Source: an uncultured Candidatus Saccharibacteria bacterium (GTDB lineage Bacteria > Patescibacteriota > Minisyncoccia > Phycocordibacterales > DATDWN01). Taken from it: a stretch of DNA of 64,000 nucleotides. The stretch lies in assembly GCA_964428435.1 (NCBI GenBank), contig CAYRYA010000004.1:8116-72115 (forward strand), written 5' to 3'. Below are positions 18,326 through 27,573 of this stretch, piece by piece. The position numbers were made by a program, and so were the translations under genes. Within the stretch, counting starts at the first letter, position 1. Every line of letters starts with the position of its first letter. The notes under the pieces were generated by a model, which worked only from the letters and a program-made list of their open reading frames with translations, was not told the origin of the DNA and searched no databases.

Positions 18326-18697
18326 CTATACCACCTCTGGGGCGAGTGAGATAATCTTCTGATACCCCGCTTCTCCGATCTCTCGGGGGATTGGTCCAAA
18401 CACACGACCAGCTACTGGTTCCTTCTTTTCTTTTGAAACAATAACTACTGCATTCTCATCAAATCGAATATATGAACCATCCTTTCTTCGAAATGGAGCC
18501 TTTTGTCGAACCACTACAGCATAGAGCACGTCTTTCTTTTTTGCTCCTTTTCGTGGTTCTGCTTTTTGAACAGAAAGAACAACCATCTCTCCCAATCGTG
18601 CATATCGCTTCTTTGAACTTCCAAGTACTTTGAAAATTCGTCCGATTTTTGCTCCGGTGTTATCTGCGATTTTAACAATTGATTGTGGCTGGATCAT
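18326..18697 (-). CDS. rplN: 50S ribosomal protein L14
   Basis: ADNTGA, RFDENAVV, RVFGP, SLAPEV. Confidence 0.97.
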   Translation of the reverse strand: MIQPQSIVKIADNTGAKIGRIFKVLGSSKKRYARLGEMVVLSVQKAEPRKGAKKKDVLYAVVVRQKAPFRRKDGSYIRFDENAVVIVSKEKKEPVAGRVFGPIPREIGEAGYQKIISLAPEVV

Positions 18698-18703
18698 ATA
18701 ATT

Positions 18704-18973
18704 TTATTTAGTTACAACAACAAAATGCTTATCTTTTGAAATTGGTCGAGTTTCTTTAATCTCTACTTTATCCCCTACTTTATGAGCATTTCCTACATCA
18801 TGAGCTTTGAAACGCTTACTGATTTGCATGAATTTACCATACTTTGGATGCTTTACAAATCGGTTTACGAGTACTACCACAGTATCTTTCATTTTGTCAG
18901 ATACAACAATACCAGTAAGGATTCGTCCTTGTTCTGATTTCTCTGTATGTGGTTGTATTTTTTTTGTTGCCAT
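18704..18973 (-). CDS. rpsQ: 30S ribosomal protein S17
   Basis: GIVVSDKMKDT, HPKYGK, ETRPISK. Confidence 0.97.
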   Translation of the reverse strand: MATKKIQPHTEKSEQGRILTGIVVSDKMKDTVVVLVNRFVKHPKYGKFMQISKRFKAHDVGNAHKVGDKVEIKETRPISKDKHFVVVTK

Positions 18974-18978
18974 ACTAT

Positions 18979-19155
18979 TTATTTTACGTTAATTGCAGTC
19001 AAAATTCGTGCGATATCCTTTCGGATTGCATATCCTTCTTTTATATTTTTAACCTTACTACCAGCAACAGAAAAACGAAAATTTCGAAGTGCCACTCGTT
19101 TTTCACCGAGAAGAGCTTTAAGTTCTTTTTCTGTTTTATTTTTAAAATCTTTCAT
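18979..19155 (-). CDS. rpmC: 50S ribosomal protein L29 (58 aa, absent from the ORF track)
   Basis: Hand translation MKDFKNKTEKELKALLGEKRVALRNFRF...RKDIARILT; lies between rplP and rpsQ. Confidence 0.92.
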   Translation of the reverse strand: MKDFKNKTEKELKALLGEKRVALRNFRFSVAGSKVKNIKEGYAIRKDIARILTAINVK

Positions 19156-19164
19156 AACTCTATA

Positions 19165-19581
19165 TTATCGTGCTACTACTTTAGATTTAATAGGAAGTTT
19201 TGTTCCCGCCTTTCGAAGTGCCTCTTTTGCAATCGCTTCAGTAACACCATCAATTTCAAAAATGATTCGTCCTGGGAGCACTGGAGCAACATATGCAAAC
19301 AAATCTCCTTTTCCTTTACCGAGTTTTACTTCGGCTGGTTTTCGAGTAATTGGCATATCAGGGAAAATTCGAATCCACACTTTTCCAGTTTTACCCATTG
19401 CTCGTGAAAGCACCTTTCGAGCAGCTTCAATCTGATTTGATCGAATACGTGCATCAGTAGTTGCTTTAAGCCCAAATGAACCAAACGCAAGTGTTGCGCC
19501 ACGTGTCGCTGTACCAATACGAGACGTATTTCGTCTCATGGTATGCCATTTTCTGTATTTTACTTTTTTAGGTAGCAACAT
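19165..19581 (-). CDS. rplP: 50S ribosomal protein L16
   Basis: MLLPKKVKYRK, WIRIFPD, GKGKG. Confidence 0.97.
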   Translation of the reverse strand: MLLPKKVKYRKWHTMRRNTSRIGTATRGATLAFGSFGLKATTDARIRSNQIEAARKVLSRAMGKTGKVWIRIFPDMPITRKPAEVKLGKGKGDLFAYVAPVLPGRIIFEIDGVTEAIAKEALRKAGTKLPIKSKVVAR

Positions 19582-19591
19582 ATACGTTTAG

Positions 19592-20248
19592 TTATTTAGC
19601 AAAGATTTCTCCCTTGTAAATCCACACTTTGATACCGATCGCTCCGTATGGAAGACGTGCAGGATATGCTGCATAATCTACATCAGCTCGAAGAGTTTGA
19701 AGTGGAATTCGACCTTTTTTCATTTTTTCCTGTCGCGCCATTGACGCACCTCCTAGACGACCTGAGAGTTCAATTTTCACTCCGAGTACATCTCGGTTCG
19801 CCATTACTTTTTCAATAATCTGCTTCCCTACTCGTCGGAAAGGCATACGTTTTTCAAGACCTTCTGCAATCATGTGTGCCACAATTGTTGCATTTGTTTC
19901 TGGAGATTTTACCTCTTTGATGTCGATTTTTACTTCACCACCTGACACAAGATTTTTCTTAGCCATGAATGCCAAAATTTCATCTCGAAGTTTTGTTGCA
20001 CCTTCACCTGATCGTCCGATGATAGCACCTGGTCGTGAAGTTTCGATAATAATTCGAAGCGCTTTTTCACTTCGTTCCATTTGGATGTCAGCTACATACT
20101 GACCTCGCATTTTTTTCTCAAGAAATTCACGAATCAACACATCACTCTTCAAGAATTCTTTGAATTTAGTTTTCACGCCAAACCATCGAGATTTCCAATC
20201 TCTAATGATTCCAAGTCTATGTGAATATGGGTGTACTGTGTGTGACAT
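19592..20248 (-). CDS. rpsC: 30S ribosomal protein S3
   Basis: RPGAIIGR, SGRLGG, PLQTLRA, GIKVWI. Confidence 0.97.
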   Translation of the reverse strand: MSHTVHPYSHRLGIIRDWKSRWFGVKTKFKEFLKSDVLIREFLEKKMRGQYVADIQMERSEKALRIIIETSRPGAIIGRSGEGATKLRDEILAFMAKKNLVSGGEVKIDIKEVKSPETNATIVAHMIAEGLEKRMPFRRVGKQIIEKVMANRDVLGVKIELSGRLGGASMARQEKMKKGRIPLQTLRADVDYAAYPARLPYGAIGIKVWIYKGEIFAK

Positions 20249-20254
20249 GTTTGT

Positions 20255-20362
20255 TAATTGAAAGTTTAAAAATCAAAATTTAAAATATTTTCTCCTACTG
20301 TATTCTTAATTTTTAAATTTTGATTTGTCATTTTTATTTTTGCTTTTTTACTTTTGATTTAA
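20255..20362. repeat. Family D palindromic element (TCAAAA/TTTTGA units)
   Basis: aaaaatcaaaatttaaaa...tttttaaattttgatttgtcattttt; runs into the rplV 3' end. Confidence 0.65.
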
Positions 20363-20750
20363 CTTCTTTTGCCTCTGCTTTTTCCTCCATTACTACCTTA
20401 GTCTTCTTTGCTTTTGGAAGTACTTCCTCGAGAGTAACAGAGATCATACTTGTTCGCTTTCGGATAGGGTGAGCTGATCCTCGAGCTGCAGGCATTCGTC
20501 GGTACAGAGTTTTGCCACTGTTTACTTCCACAGTTTTTACAACCAAGTTTTCTGTAGGCATTGATTGTGCTTTTGCGTTTGCAAGAGCTGATTCGATGAG
20601 CTTTCGGATCGGAGCTGAAGCTCGTTTCTCAGTAAACTGCATTGAAAGAATAGCGTCAGTTACCTTTTTACCACGCACAAGGTCAGCAACTACACGAACT
20701 TTTCGTGGAGACTGTCGAAGATTTGAAAGTGTAGCGGATGCTTTTGCCAT
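20334..20750 (-). CDS. rplV: 50S ribosomal protein L22
   Basis: SPRKVRVVADLVRG, SALANA, ARG; Lys/Glu-rich tail. Confidence 0.96.
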   Translation of the reverse strand: MAKASATLSNLRQSPRKVRVVADLVRGKKVTDAILSMQFTEKRASAPIRKLIESALANAKAQSMPTENLVVKTVEVNSGKTLYRRMPAARGSAHPIRKRTSMISVTLEEVLPKAKKTKVVMEEKAEAKEVKSKVKKQK

Positions 20751-20759
20751 GGTATTAGA

Positions 20760-21104
20760 TTATTTTTTCTTAGCGTCAGGAGCTGCTTTAGATGCTTTTG
20801 CAGCAGCAATTTCAGACTCTTTCTTTTTAATTTCGAGCTCTTTCTGCATTTTACCTCCGTGTTTAAGGAATTTCTTTGTAGGAGAAAATTCGCCCAATCG
20901 GTGACCTACCATATCTTCAGTTACGAGAACTTCAATATGAGTCTTGCCGTTATGTACACCAAAGTTGAATCCTACCATTTCAGGCGAGATTACACATGCT
21001 CGTGACCATGTTTTAATAACCCCAGTTTCAATAGGTTTTTTACCCTCAATCTTTTTGAGAACTCGTGGGTCTACATATGGTCCTTTGTGTGATGATCGTG
21101 TCAT
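20760..21104 (-). CDS. rpsS: 30S ribosomal protein S19
   Basis: [22 protein letters not shown]. Confidence 0.97.
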   Translation of the reverse strand: MTRSSHKGPYVDPRVLKKIEGKKPIETGVIKTWSRACVISPEMVGFNFGVHNGKTHIEVLVTEDMVGHRLGEFSPTKKFLKHGGKMQKELEIKKKESEIAAAKASKAAPDAKKK

Positions 21105-21197
21105 GAAAAATTGATGAAAAATACTCTTTATTTTGCAAGAGTGTTAAATACCCTAAACAAAAACGAGATGCAAGAGGAAAACTCTTACGTGCGCTCT

Positions 21198-21226
21198 ATA
21201 CTATACAAAATGCGACGATATGTCAA
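21198..21226 (-). promoter_or_regulatory. Internal promoter for rpsS and downstream genes
   Basis: TTGACA-17 nt-TAGTAT on the minus strand. Confidence 0.65.
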
Positions 21227-21362
21227 ACGGATTAGAGTCCATCAAGTCAAAAGTCCTTAAAGTCTGTAAAGTCGGATATTTAAGGGTAATTTTGGGCAAA
21301 ATTAAAGAGCGACCCATCCCCGCAATGGAGACTGTCGCTCTTACAGAAAACTGATTTTTCAT

Positions 21363-21713
21363 CTAGTGATAGTGAGTTACCCCTGGAAAATTCCCAGTAT
21401 TTACCCTTCTCCATTCCGAGAACCCCATCAACCAGCTTCCGTCAGGTTCACAATCCTTATAAACCTGTTCCATCTCACAGAGCTTACAGTACCTGAAATG
21501 TTGGAGGATGGGAGCACCACCGTATTCATTCCGATGTTTTTCAGTACAATACCTGAGACTGAACCTCTTGCAGTCGAGACAGAAGTACCTGCTAGACCCA
21601 AAAATAACACCAATCACAGAATAAGTTATGTACCCCCCTAAGCTCATTGATACAAGGAACCCAAACAGTACATACACTAAAAGCGCTAACTTAACTACAA
21701 AACCTTTCAACAT
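21363..21713 (-). CDS. Orphan TM plus zinc-ribbon-like protein inserted between rplB and rpsS
   Basis: TTGACA at 21759-21754, AGGAG SD, CLDC...CKLC, hairpin at 21304..21342. Confidence 0.7.
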   Translation of the reverse strand: MLKGFVVKLALLVYVLFGFLVSMSLGGYITYSVIGVIFGSSRYFCLDCKRFSLRYCTEKHRNEYGGAPILQHFRYCKLCEMEQVYKDCEPDGSWLMGFSEWRRVNTGNFPGVTHYH

Positions 21714-21797
21714 GTCACTCTCCTGGTGATTAAGCTACCACACAAAGTATTATTGTCAAAAAACACCCCTATCTTTTTATAAGGGGTGCTTTTTGTT

Positions 21798-22640
21798 TTA
21801 CTTTCTCTTTCCAACTTTTCGTCGAGAGACGATGTGTTTATTAGAATATTTCTTAGGAGTTCGAGTCTTCTGTCCCTTACCTGTCGGTCGTCCGTATACA
21901 GACACTGCTCGACGTCGTCCTCGGCCTTGTCGGCCTTCTCCACCTCCGTATGGGTGGTCAACTGGGTTCTGAGCAGTACCTCGCACTGTAGGGCGGATAC
22001 CGAGCCAGCGTGAGCGTCCTGCTTTACCGAGGTTTACGAGTCGGTTTTCATCGTTTGCTACTTCACCAACTGTTGCAAATGCAGTATCTTTCACCTTTCG
22101 CACTTCAGATGAAGGCATTTTGAGGTCAACGTATCCTGCGTCTTTCGCAATGAGCTCAATGTAACTTCCACCAGATCGAGCAAGCTTTGCTCCTCCTTGT
22201 GGTTTCACCTCTACGTTGTAGATAAATGTACCAATAGTAATATTTTTGAGTGGGAGTCGATTTCCTGTTTTTACTTCTGCATTTTCTGCAGTGATATATG
22301 TATCACCTACTTTAGCTCCTTTAGGAAGAAGGATGTATCGCTTCTCACCATCTTTGTATACTGCAAGACCGATAAATCCCGATCGGTTTGGATCGTATTC
22401 AACAGTTTTAACTGTGTAAGGAATATTGATTTTGTTGTATACGAAATCAATTTCTCGGAAAAGTCGTTTATGTCCTGCCCCTTTATGTCGAGTAGTAATC
22501 ACACCCTGGTTATTTCGTCCAACTGATCGTTTAAAACCTCGTGTGAGTGACTTTACAGGCTTTGCGGTAGTCAAAACTGCACCGTAGTTGATCGATGTCA
22601 TGTTTCGACGTGATGGGGTTGTTGGTTGGTATCTCTTCAT
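21798..22640 (-). CDS. rplB: 50S ribosomal protein L2
   Basis: EYDPNRS, GKAGRSRW, RG..NPVDHPYGGGEG. Confidence 0.98.
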   Translation of the reverse strand: MKRYQPTTPSRRNMTSINYGAVLTTAKPVKSLTRGFKRSVGRNNQGVITTRHKGAGHKRLFREIDFVYNKINIPYTVKTVEYDPNRSGFIGLAVYKDGEKRYILLPKGAKVGDTYITAENAEVKTGNRLPLKNITIGTFIYNVEVKPQGGAKLARSGGSYIELIAKDAGYVDLKMPSSEVRKVKDTAFATVGEVANDENRLVNLGKAGRSRWLGIRPTVRGTAQNPVDHPYGGGEGRQGRGRRRAVSVYGRPTGKGQKTRTPKKYSNKHIVSRRKVGKRK

Positions 22641-22641
22641 A

Positions 22642-22740
22642 AATGTAAAATTGAAATCTCAAAAATAAAAATGTTGTATGCTTAATTTTTTAACTCTGCT
22701 TTGTCATTTTTCATTTTCATTTTTGATTTTTGATTTTTAA
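22642..22740. repeat. Family D palindromic element
   Basis: aatgtaaaattgaaatctcaaaaat...ttgtcatttttcattttcatttttgatttttgattttt. Confidence 0.65.
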
Positions 22741-23018
22741 ATGACTTCTATCGTCTCACCTTTCTTAAGGTATACATATGCTTTCTTAAGACCTTTTTTG
22801 AAACCAACTTTTCCTCGTACAAATACTTTTTTCTGAGGGTTAGTCACCGTAGTCACCTTTACAGGAGATACTTTGTAGATTTCTTTTACTGCTTTGATCA
22901 CATCTGTCTTTGTTGCGTGTTTTGGAATCTCAAATGTATACACTGAAGACTCTGACTTAAGCGCAGCTTTTTCTGTGATTCGTGGTCGCAATAATACTGT
23001 TTTAAGGTCTGCTTTCAT
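22737..23018 (-). CDS. rplW: 50S ribosomal protein L23
   Basis: PRITEKA, YTF, KKAYVYL. Confidence 0.96.
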   Translation of the reverse strand: MKADLKTVLLRPRITEKAALKSESSVYTFEIPKHATKTDVIKAVKEIYKVSPVKVTTVTNPQKKVFVRGKVGFKKGLKKAYVYLKKGETIEVI

Positions 23019-23027
23019 ATTATTTTA

Positions 23028-23690
23028 TTATGCAAGTTTAGAGCTAACTGTTGCGAGAGACTCTGCTGGATTCTCGATCACAATGTATTTATATTTCATC
23101 AAATCAACAGGGTTGATATTTCGGATTTCATCTACTTCAACATTACTGAAGTTACCAAAACTCTTCTTTGTAGTTACACTGTCTTTTGAAAGCGCAATCC
23201 ATGCCGAATTTTTCTTTTTAGAAAGAATGTCTGTAAAACCACCAATTTTTGAGAATGATGCAAGTGTTCCTTTTGCATCTTTTGCTTTTGGAGCAGAGAA
23301 ATTCAAAGAGTCTACAAAAAGGATTTGTCCTTTCTTAAATTTAGCTGAAAGGATAGTATACAAAGCTTTTGCCTTCATTTTCTTGTTTACCTTTCGAGTA
23401 TAGTCTTTTTCGTTTCGAGGACCATGAGTTACACCTCCACCTACCCAGATAGGAGATCGAGTAGAACCGTGTCGAGCGCGACCTGTTCCCTTTTGTTTCC
23501 AAGGTTTCTTTCCACCTCCAGATACTTCCCCTCGGTTTTTAGTGTGAGCTACTGGTGTTCGAGCACTTGATTCCATAGATACAACAACCTGGTGAACCAA
23601 GTCAGCATTCCACTTAAGACCAAACACGCTCTCTGGGAGAGTTATTGTTCCTGCTGTTTTACCTGTTTGTGTGTAAATATTTGCTTCCAT
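23028..23690 (-). CDS. rplD: 50S ribosomal protein L4
   Basis: GGGKKPWKQKGTGRARHGS; start moved to MEAN because the upstream extension is repeat DNA. Confidence 0.96.
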   Translation of the reverse strand: MEANIYTQTGKTAGTITLPESVFGLKWNADLVHQVVVSMESSARTPVAHTKNRGEVSGGGKKPWKQKGTGRARHGSTRSPIWVGGGVTHGPRNEKDYTRKVNKKMKAKALYTILSAKFKKGQILFVDSLNFSAPKAKDAKGTLASFSKIGGFTDILSKKKNSAWIALSKDSVTTKKSFGNFSNVEVDEIRNINPVDLMKYKYIVIENPAESLATVSSKLA

Positions 23691-23701
23691 GATTTTAAAA
23701 T

Positions 23702-23797
23702 TAGTCATAAAGTCTATCCAGTCCTTCAAGTCCGTAAAGTCGGTTGCGTTTGGCATCTGACTTGATGGACTTTCAACTTTATGAACTTTTGACTTCT
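23702..23797. repeat. Family C palindromic element (AAGTC/GACTT units), empty form
   Basis: tagtcataaagtctatccagtccttcaagtccgtaaagtcgg, about 14 nt loop, ctgacttgatggactttcaactttatgaacttttgactt. Confidence 0.8.
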
Positions 23798-24393
23798 ACT
23801 AGTGTCCCTCGGCGTCCTGCGACAGCACCTCGAATAAAGATTTCTCCTGCTTCCGCATCGATACCTGCAATAGTAAGACCGCCTGTAGTGATGCGATCAC
23901 CACCTGTTCGTCCTGCCATTCGCTTTCCTTTTGCTACACGTCCTCCGTCTCTTCCTCCACCTCCAAGAGATCCTGGTTCTCGCTCTGAGTGTTTCTGTCC
24001 GTGTGATCGAGGTCCTCCGTGGAAACCATGTCGCTTAACACCCCCCTGGAAACCTTTTCCTTTTGAGATAGAAGATACAGTAACTCCGTCTCCTGCAGCA
24101 AATGTAGAGATATCGATAATATCACCTACTTTGTATTCACCCCCTTCAATTCGGAATTCTTTGATATGAGCAAATGAACCGAGTTCTTTTACATGACCTT
24201 TTACAGCCTTTGAGATATTTTTTGGATTTCGAGAACCAAAACCTACCTGCACAGCAGTATAACCATCCTTTGAGAGGTTCTTAACTTGAGTGATTACATT
24301 AGGACTTGTTTTGATAACAGTCACTGGATGCACAATACCCTGCTCATCGAAGATCTGGGTCATATTCTGTTTTGTTCCAAGGATGAATTTCAT
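23779..24393 (-). CDS. rplC: 50S ribosomal protein L3
   Basis: GTKQNMTQ, DGYTAVQ, SKGKGFQG, HG; start moved to MKFI. Confidence 0.96.
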   Translation of the reverse strand: MKFILGTKQNMTQIFDEQGIVHPVTVIKTSPNVITQVKNLSKDGYTAVQVGFGSRNPKNISKAVKGHVKELGSFAHIKEFRIEGGEYKVGDIIDISTFAAGDGVTVSSISKGKGFQGGVKRHGFHGGPRSHGQKHSEREPGSLGGGGRDGGRVAKGKRMAGRTGGDRITTGGLTIAGIDAEAGEIFIRGAVAGRRGTLVEVKSS

Positions 24394-24671
24394 ATGATTG
24401 TATTGATTTTGAAGACATTTTTCGGACAGTAATGAGAAAAGTTTTTTCTCAACATTGCCCATCACTAGTCCTCATAAAAAATAGCCTAAATGGCGATTTG
24501 GCAATACTAGCAGATAATGATTTTTATTTCAAGAGGGCTCAAAGAAATTACCAAGTCTGTACTCAGACGACTATAATTTCTGAGTGCCGTCAGCCTGTAC
24601 CCATCTCCCGTTGACGGCTATAAACAAAAAGAGGCTTGCAGATGCAAGCCTCTTCGAAACAACACTTTCAC

Positions 24672-24914
24672 TTATACGGGACACTTCTGCCCCGTCAAAT
24701 ACCCTCCTCCGAGAGCCCAGCCAGCAGGGGTGAGCTGGACAATACCTCTACACTTGCAACCAGGTTTTTGACACACCCCCATATGGCTGTTTACCCCAGG
24801 TCTGAATTCATTTGGGACAGTTTTCCAGTCACCAATCTGGTGACCCAACCCGGCAGACAACTCTTCAACTTTCTTGCGCCGCCTTATTTCATTTTCGTTC
24901 AAGGGTTTTTCCAT
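24672..24914 (-). CDS. Orphan Cys/His-containing small protein between rpsJ and rplC
   Basis: AGGAGG SD before ATG; flanked by hairpins at about 24958..24990 and 24627..24654. Confidence 0.65.
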   Translation of the reverse strand: MEKPLNENEIRRRKKVEELSAGLGHQIGDWKTVPNEFRPGVNSHMGVCQKPGCKCRGIVQLTPAGWALGGGYLTGQKCPV

Positions 24915-24957
24915 ATCGCCTCCTACCACCTATATAAGCACATATTTCTTTATTTGA

Positions 24958-24990
24958 AAACAAAAACCACCCTTTCGGGCGGTTTTTGTT
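24958..24990 (-). terminator. Terminator after rpsJ
   Basis: AAACAAAAACCACCC-tttc-GGGCGGTTTTTGTTT. Confidence 0.75.
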
Positions 24991-25015
24991 TACTTTTGAC
25001 TTTACGGACTTTTGA

Positions 25016-25381
25016 CTAAATTATCTTTACATCGATATTAACACCAGATGGAAGAGAGAGATTTGTGAGTGATTCCATAATCTTTGGAGTCGGGTTCAAA
25101 ATATCAATCAATCGCTTATGAGTTCTCATTTCAAACTGCTCTCGAGCGTTTTTATACACAAACGAAGCTCGGTTTACTGTGTATTTCTTGATCTCAGTTG
25201 GAAGCGGGATTGGACCCAAAACCTTTGCATCGTATCGAAGAGCAGTATCCATGATCTGTCGTACTGAGATATCGAGTACTTTGTACTCATATGCTCGTAC
25301 TCGGATTCGCAATTTAGAAATCGCGTCCTCTTTTGCAGCTTTTTTAGGAGCTTTTTTTGTTGTTGTTTCTTTCGTTGCCAT
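25016..25381 (-). CDS. rpsJ: 30S ribosomal protein S10
   Basis: LRIRVRAY, GPIPLPT, REQFEMRTHKRLIDI. Confidence 0.96.
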   Translation of the reverse strand: MATKETTTKKAPKKAAKEDAISKLRIRVRAYEYKVLDISVRQIMDTALRYDAKVLGPIPLPTEIKKYTVNRASFVYKNAREQFEMRTHKRLIDILNPTPKIMESLTNLSLPSGVNIDVKII

Positions 25382-25468
25382 TACGGAGTAGCTTACCAAA
25401 CATTTAATAATATGGCAAGTGAAACGAGAAACCCGCGGGAAGCATTTGGCTTCCTGCGGGTCTGCATC

Positions 25469-25672
25469 CTATCTTTGTTTTGGTATTCGTTTCCGATATT
25501 GCTGGATCACCTTATCGGCAATCATTACAGCACCGGAGACAGTTTGTGTGCTGATTGTTTGAGACATCTCTCTGGGCGAGATATTACTTCCCTGTAAGAT
25601 AGCGCACACTGTTCTAAGCCAAATCTCACCTTCTCTATCCACATTCCAAAACTCAAACTGGTCTTCATTCAT
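25469..25672 (-). CDS. Orphan 67 aa protein between tuf and rpsJ
   Basis: TTGACA promoter at 25727-25722, AAAGGA upstream, GC hairpin at about 25428..25463. Confidence 0.55.
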   Translation of the reverse strand: MNEDQFEFWNVDREGEIWLRTVCAILQGSNISPREMSQTISTQTVSGAVMIADKVIQQYRKRIPKQR

Positions 25673-25783
25673 ATTCGCTTAAGGTCCTTTCCAAAATACA
25701 AAATACTACCTTTATAAACTTTGTCAATCAAAAAACCACCCGAAGGTGGTTTTCTGTATTTGAGTTTACTTTAGACAATCACA

Positions 25784-25904
25784 CTCTGAGGATTTTTCGC
25801 TCAGGTCGCGGATAAAATTGGAAAAAGGATCGGAGATGTACTTAATGGTACATTGAGAACCTTTTTTCAATTTTAAACGATGAGATGAGTGAAAAAGACC
25901 AGAG
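25784..25904 (+). repeat. Family E nested hairpin element
   Basis: AGGTCGCGGATAAAA...GGAGATGTAC-ttaatg-GTACATTGAGAACC...ACGATGAGAT. Confidence 0.75.
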
Positions 25905-25914
25905 CAGACTTACT

Positions 25915-27111
25915 TTAGGCAACAATTTTTGTAACGACACCTGCGCCAACAGTCTTGCCTCCCTCTCGGATCGCAAAACGTGTATTGTCTTCAAGCGCAA
26001 CTGGAGCAATCAATTTAACTTTGAATGTTGCTGTGTCTCCTGGCATAACCATTTCAACACCTTCTTTCAAAGTCACGTCTCCTGTTACGTCTGTAGTTCG
26101 GATGTAGAACTGTGGCTTGTAACCTGAGAAGAATGGAGTATGTCGTCCACCTTCTTCTTTCTTAAGAACGTATACTTCTGCTTCAAATTCTGTGTGTGGA
26201 TTTACAGATTTTGGCTTAGCAAGAACCTGTCCTCGAGAAATGTCTTCTTTCTTAGCACCTCGGAGGAGGATACCTGCGTTGTCTCCTGCTTGTCCTGATT
26301 CAAGAGATTTGTTGAACATTTCGATACCAGTCACTGTAAACTTAGTGATATCCTTGAGACCAACGATCTCGATTTCTTCACCTACCTTTACAACACCTCG
26401 TTCAATACGTCCTGTTACCACTGTTCCTCGTCCTTCAATAGAGAAGATATCCTCTACTGGCATAAGGAATGGTTTATCCAAATCTCGCTCTGGCATTGGA
26501 ATATATGTATCGAGTGCGTTTGCAAGCTCCAATACTTTCTTTGACCATTCATCGTTGTTGTCCGCTGCTTCAAGAGCTTTGAGTGCTGATCCTCGGATAA
26601 CTGGTGCATTATCACCATCAAATCCGTTCTTTGAAAGGAGTTCTCGAACTTCAGCTTCCACAAGGTCAATAAGATCATTATCTGGAACCATGTCGCATTT
26701 GTTCAAAAATACGATAATTTTTGGCACACCAACTTGTTTTGCCAAAAGCACATGTTCTCGAGTCTGAGGCATCGCACCGTCAGTAGCCGCTACCACAAGC
26801 ACTGCACCGTCCATCTGAGCAGCACCAGTAATCATGTTTTTGATGTAGTCAGCGTGACCTGGCGCGTCGATGTGAGCGTAGTGTCGAGTTGGTGTTGAGT
26901 ACTCGTTGTGAGAAAGCGCAATAGTAATTCCTCGTGCTTTTTCCTCTGGAGCTGAGTCGATTTCACCTACTCCTTTGATTTTAGATGAATATCCTTCTCC
27001 TGCTCGACCAAGTACGGTCAAGATAGCTGCTGTTAATGTTGTCTTACCATGGTCAACGTGTCCAATAGTACCTACGTTGAGGTGTGGTTTTGATCGATCA
27101 AAATCTGCCAT
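25915..27111 (-). CDS. tuf: Elongation factor Tu
   Basis: [26 protein letters not shown]; start moved to MADF. Confidence 0.98.
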   Translation of the reverse strand: MADFDRSKPHLNVGTIGHVDHGKTTLTAAILTVLGRAGEGYSSKIKGVGEIDSAPEEKARGITIALSHNEYSTPTRHYAHIDAPGHADYIKNMITGAAQMDGAVLVVAATDGAMPQTREHVLLAKQVGVPKIIVFLNKCDMVPDNDLIDLVEAEVRELLSKNGFDGDNAPVIRGSALKALEAADNNDEWSKKVLELANALDTYIPMPERDLDKPFLMPVEDIFSIEGRGTVVTGRIERGVVKVGEEIEIVGLKDITKFTVTGIEMFNKSLESGQAGDNAGILLRGAKKEDISRGQVLAKPKSVNPHTEFEAEVYVLKKEEGGRHTPFFSGYKPQFYIRTTDVTGDVTLKEGVEMVMPGDTATFKVKLIAPVALEDNTRFAIREGGKTVGAGVVTKIVA

Positions 27112-27282
27112 ATTTTTATATAAATTATGCGTATAAATTACTAATAATTGCCATTTTGGAAACTCCAAAAACTTGATGTTCGAGAAAAACCAAATTTTGT
27201 GAACTTCTACAGCTTAAAATCGCGTACAAGCGATGCCACTAAATATAAACGAAAGAGACCCTAGAGTCAACAAGAAAAAAAC

Positions 27283-27570
27283 CTATATGAGAATATCCGC
27301 TTTCAATTTTGCAATCTCTTCTTTAAGCAGGAGTGTGAACGTTGGAATTTTGCGTTCAAGAAAAAGTACAACGTCTTCAGGAGTTGTTGCATCTTCATTG
27401 AGAAGAAGATCGAACTCATCTTGCTCAACCTCCGAGAGAATATCAAGTGAACGCACTAAAATCGCCTGGTATATCAAGCGTCCAATACGATCAACCATGT
27501 CTATTTGCTCCTCCTGAGGCAGATCCCCTAGCCCCCATTCAGATACTATGTCTTTTGATATAGGGTTCAT
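27283..27570 (-). CDS. Small acidic hypothetical protein (DUF5663-like)
   Basis: GLGDLPQEEQ...all-helical pattern resembling small CPR proteins. Confidence 0.7.
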   Translation of the reverse strand: MNPISKDIVSEWGLGDLPQEEQIDMVDRIGRLIYQAILVRSLDILSEVEQDEFDLLLNEDATTPEDVVLFLERKIPTFTLLLKEEIAKLKADILI

Positions 27571-27573
27571 ATG

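Noticed and set aside
23690-23756. N-terminal extensions in the ORF track (rplD, map, fusA, tuf, rplC, rpsH, nusA, HIT and others)
   Set aside because: They translate intergenic repeats or leaders; conserved protein starts lie at downstream ATGs.
16682-26767. Long antisense ORFs over ribosomal genes and tuf (e.g. 16682..17293, 26192..26767), and 55892..56560
   Set aside because: Shadow frames of conserved genes with no independent motifs or start signals.
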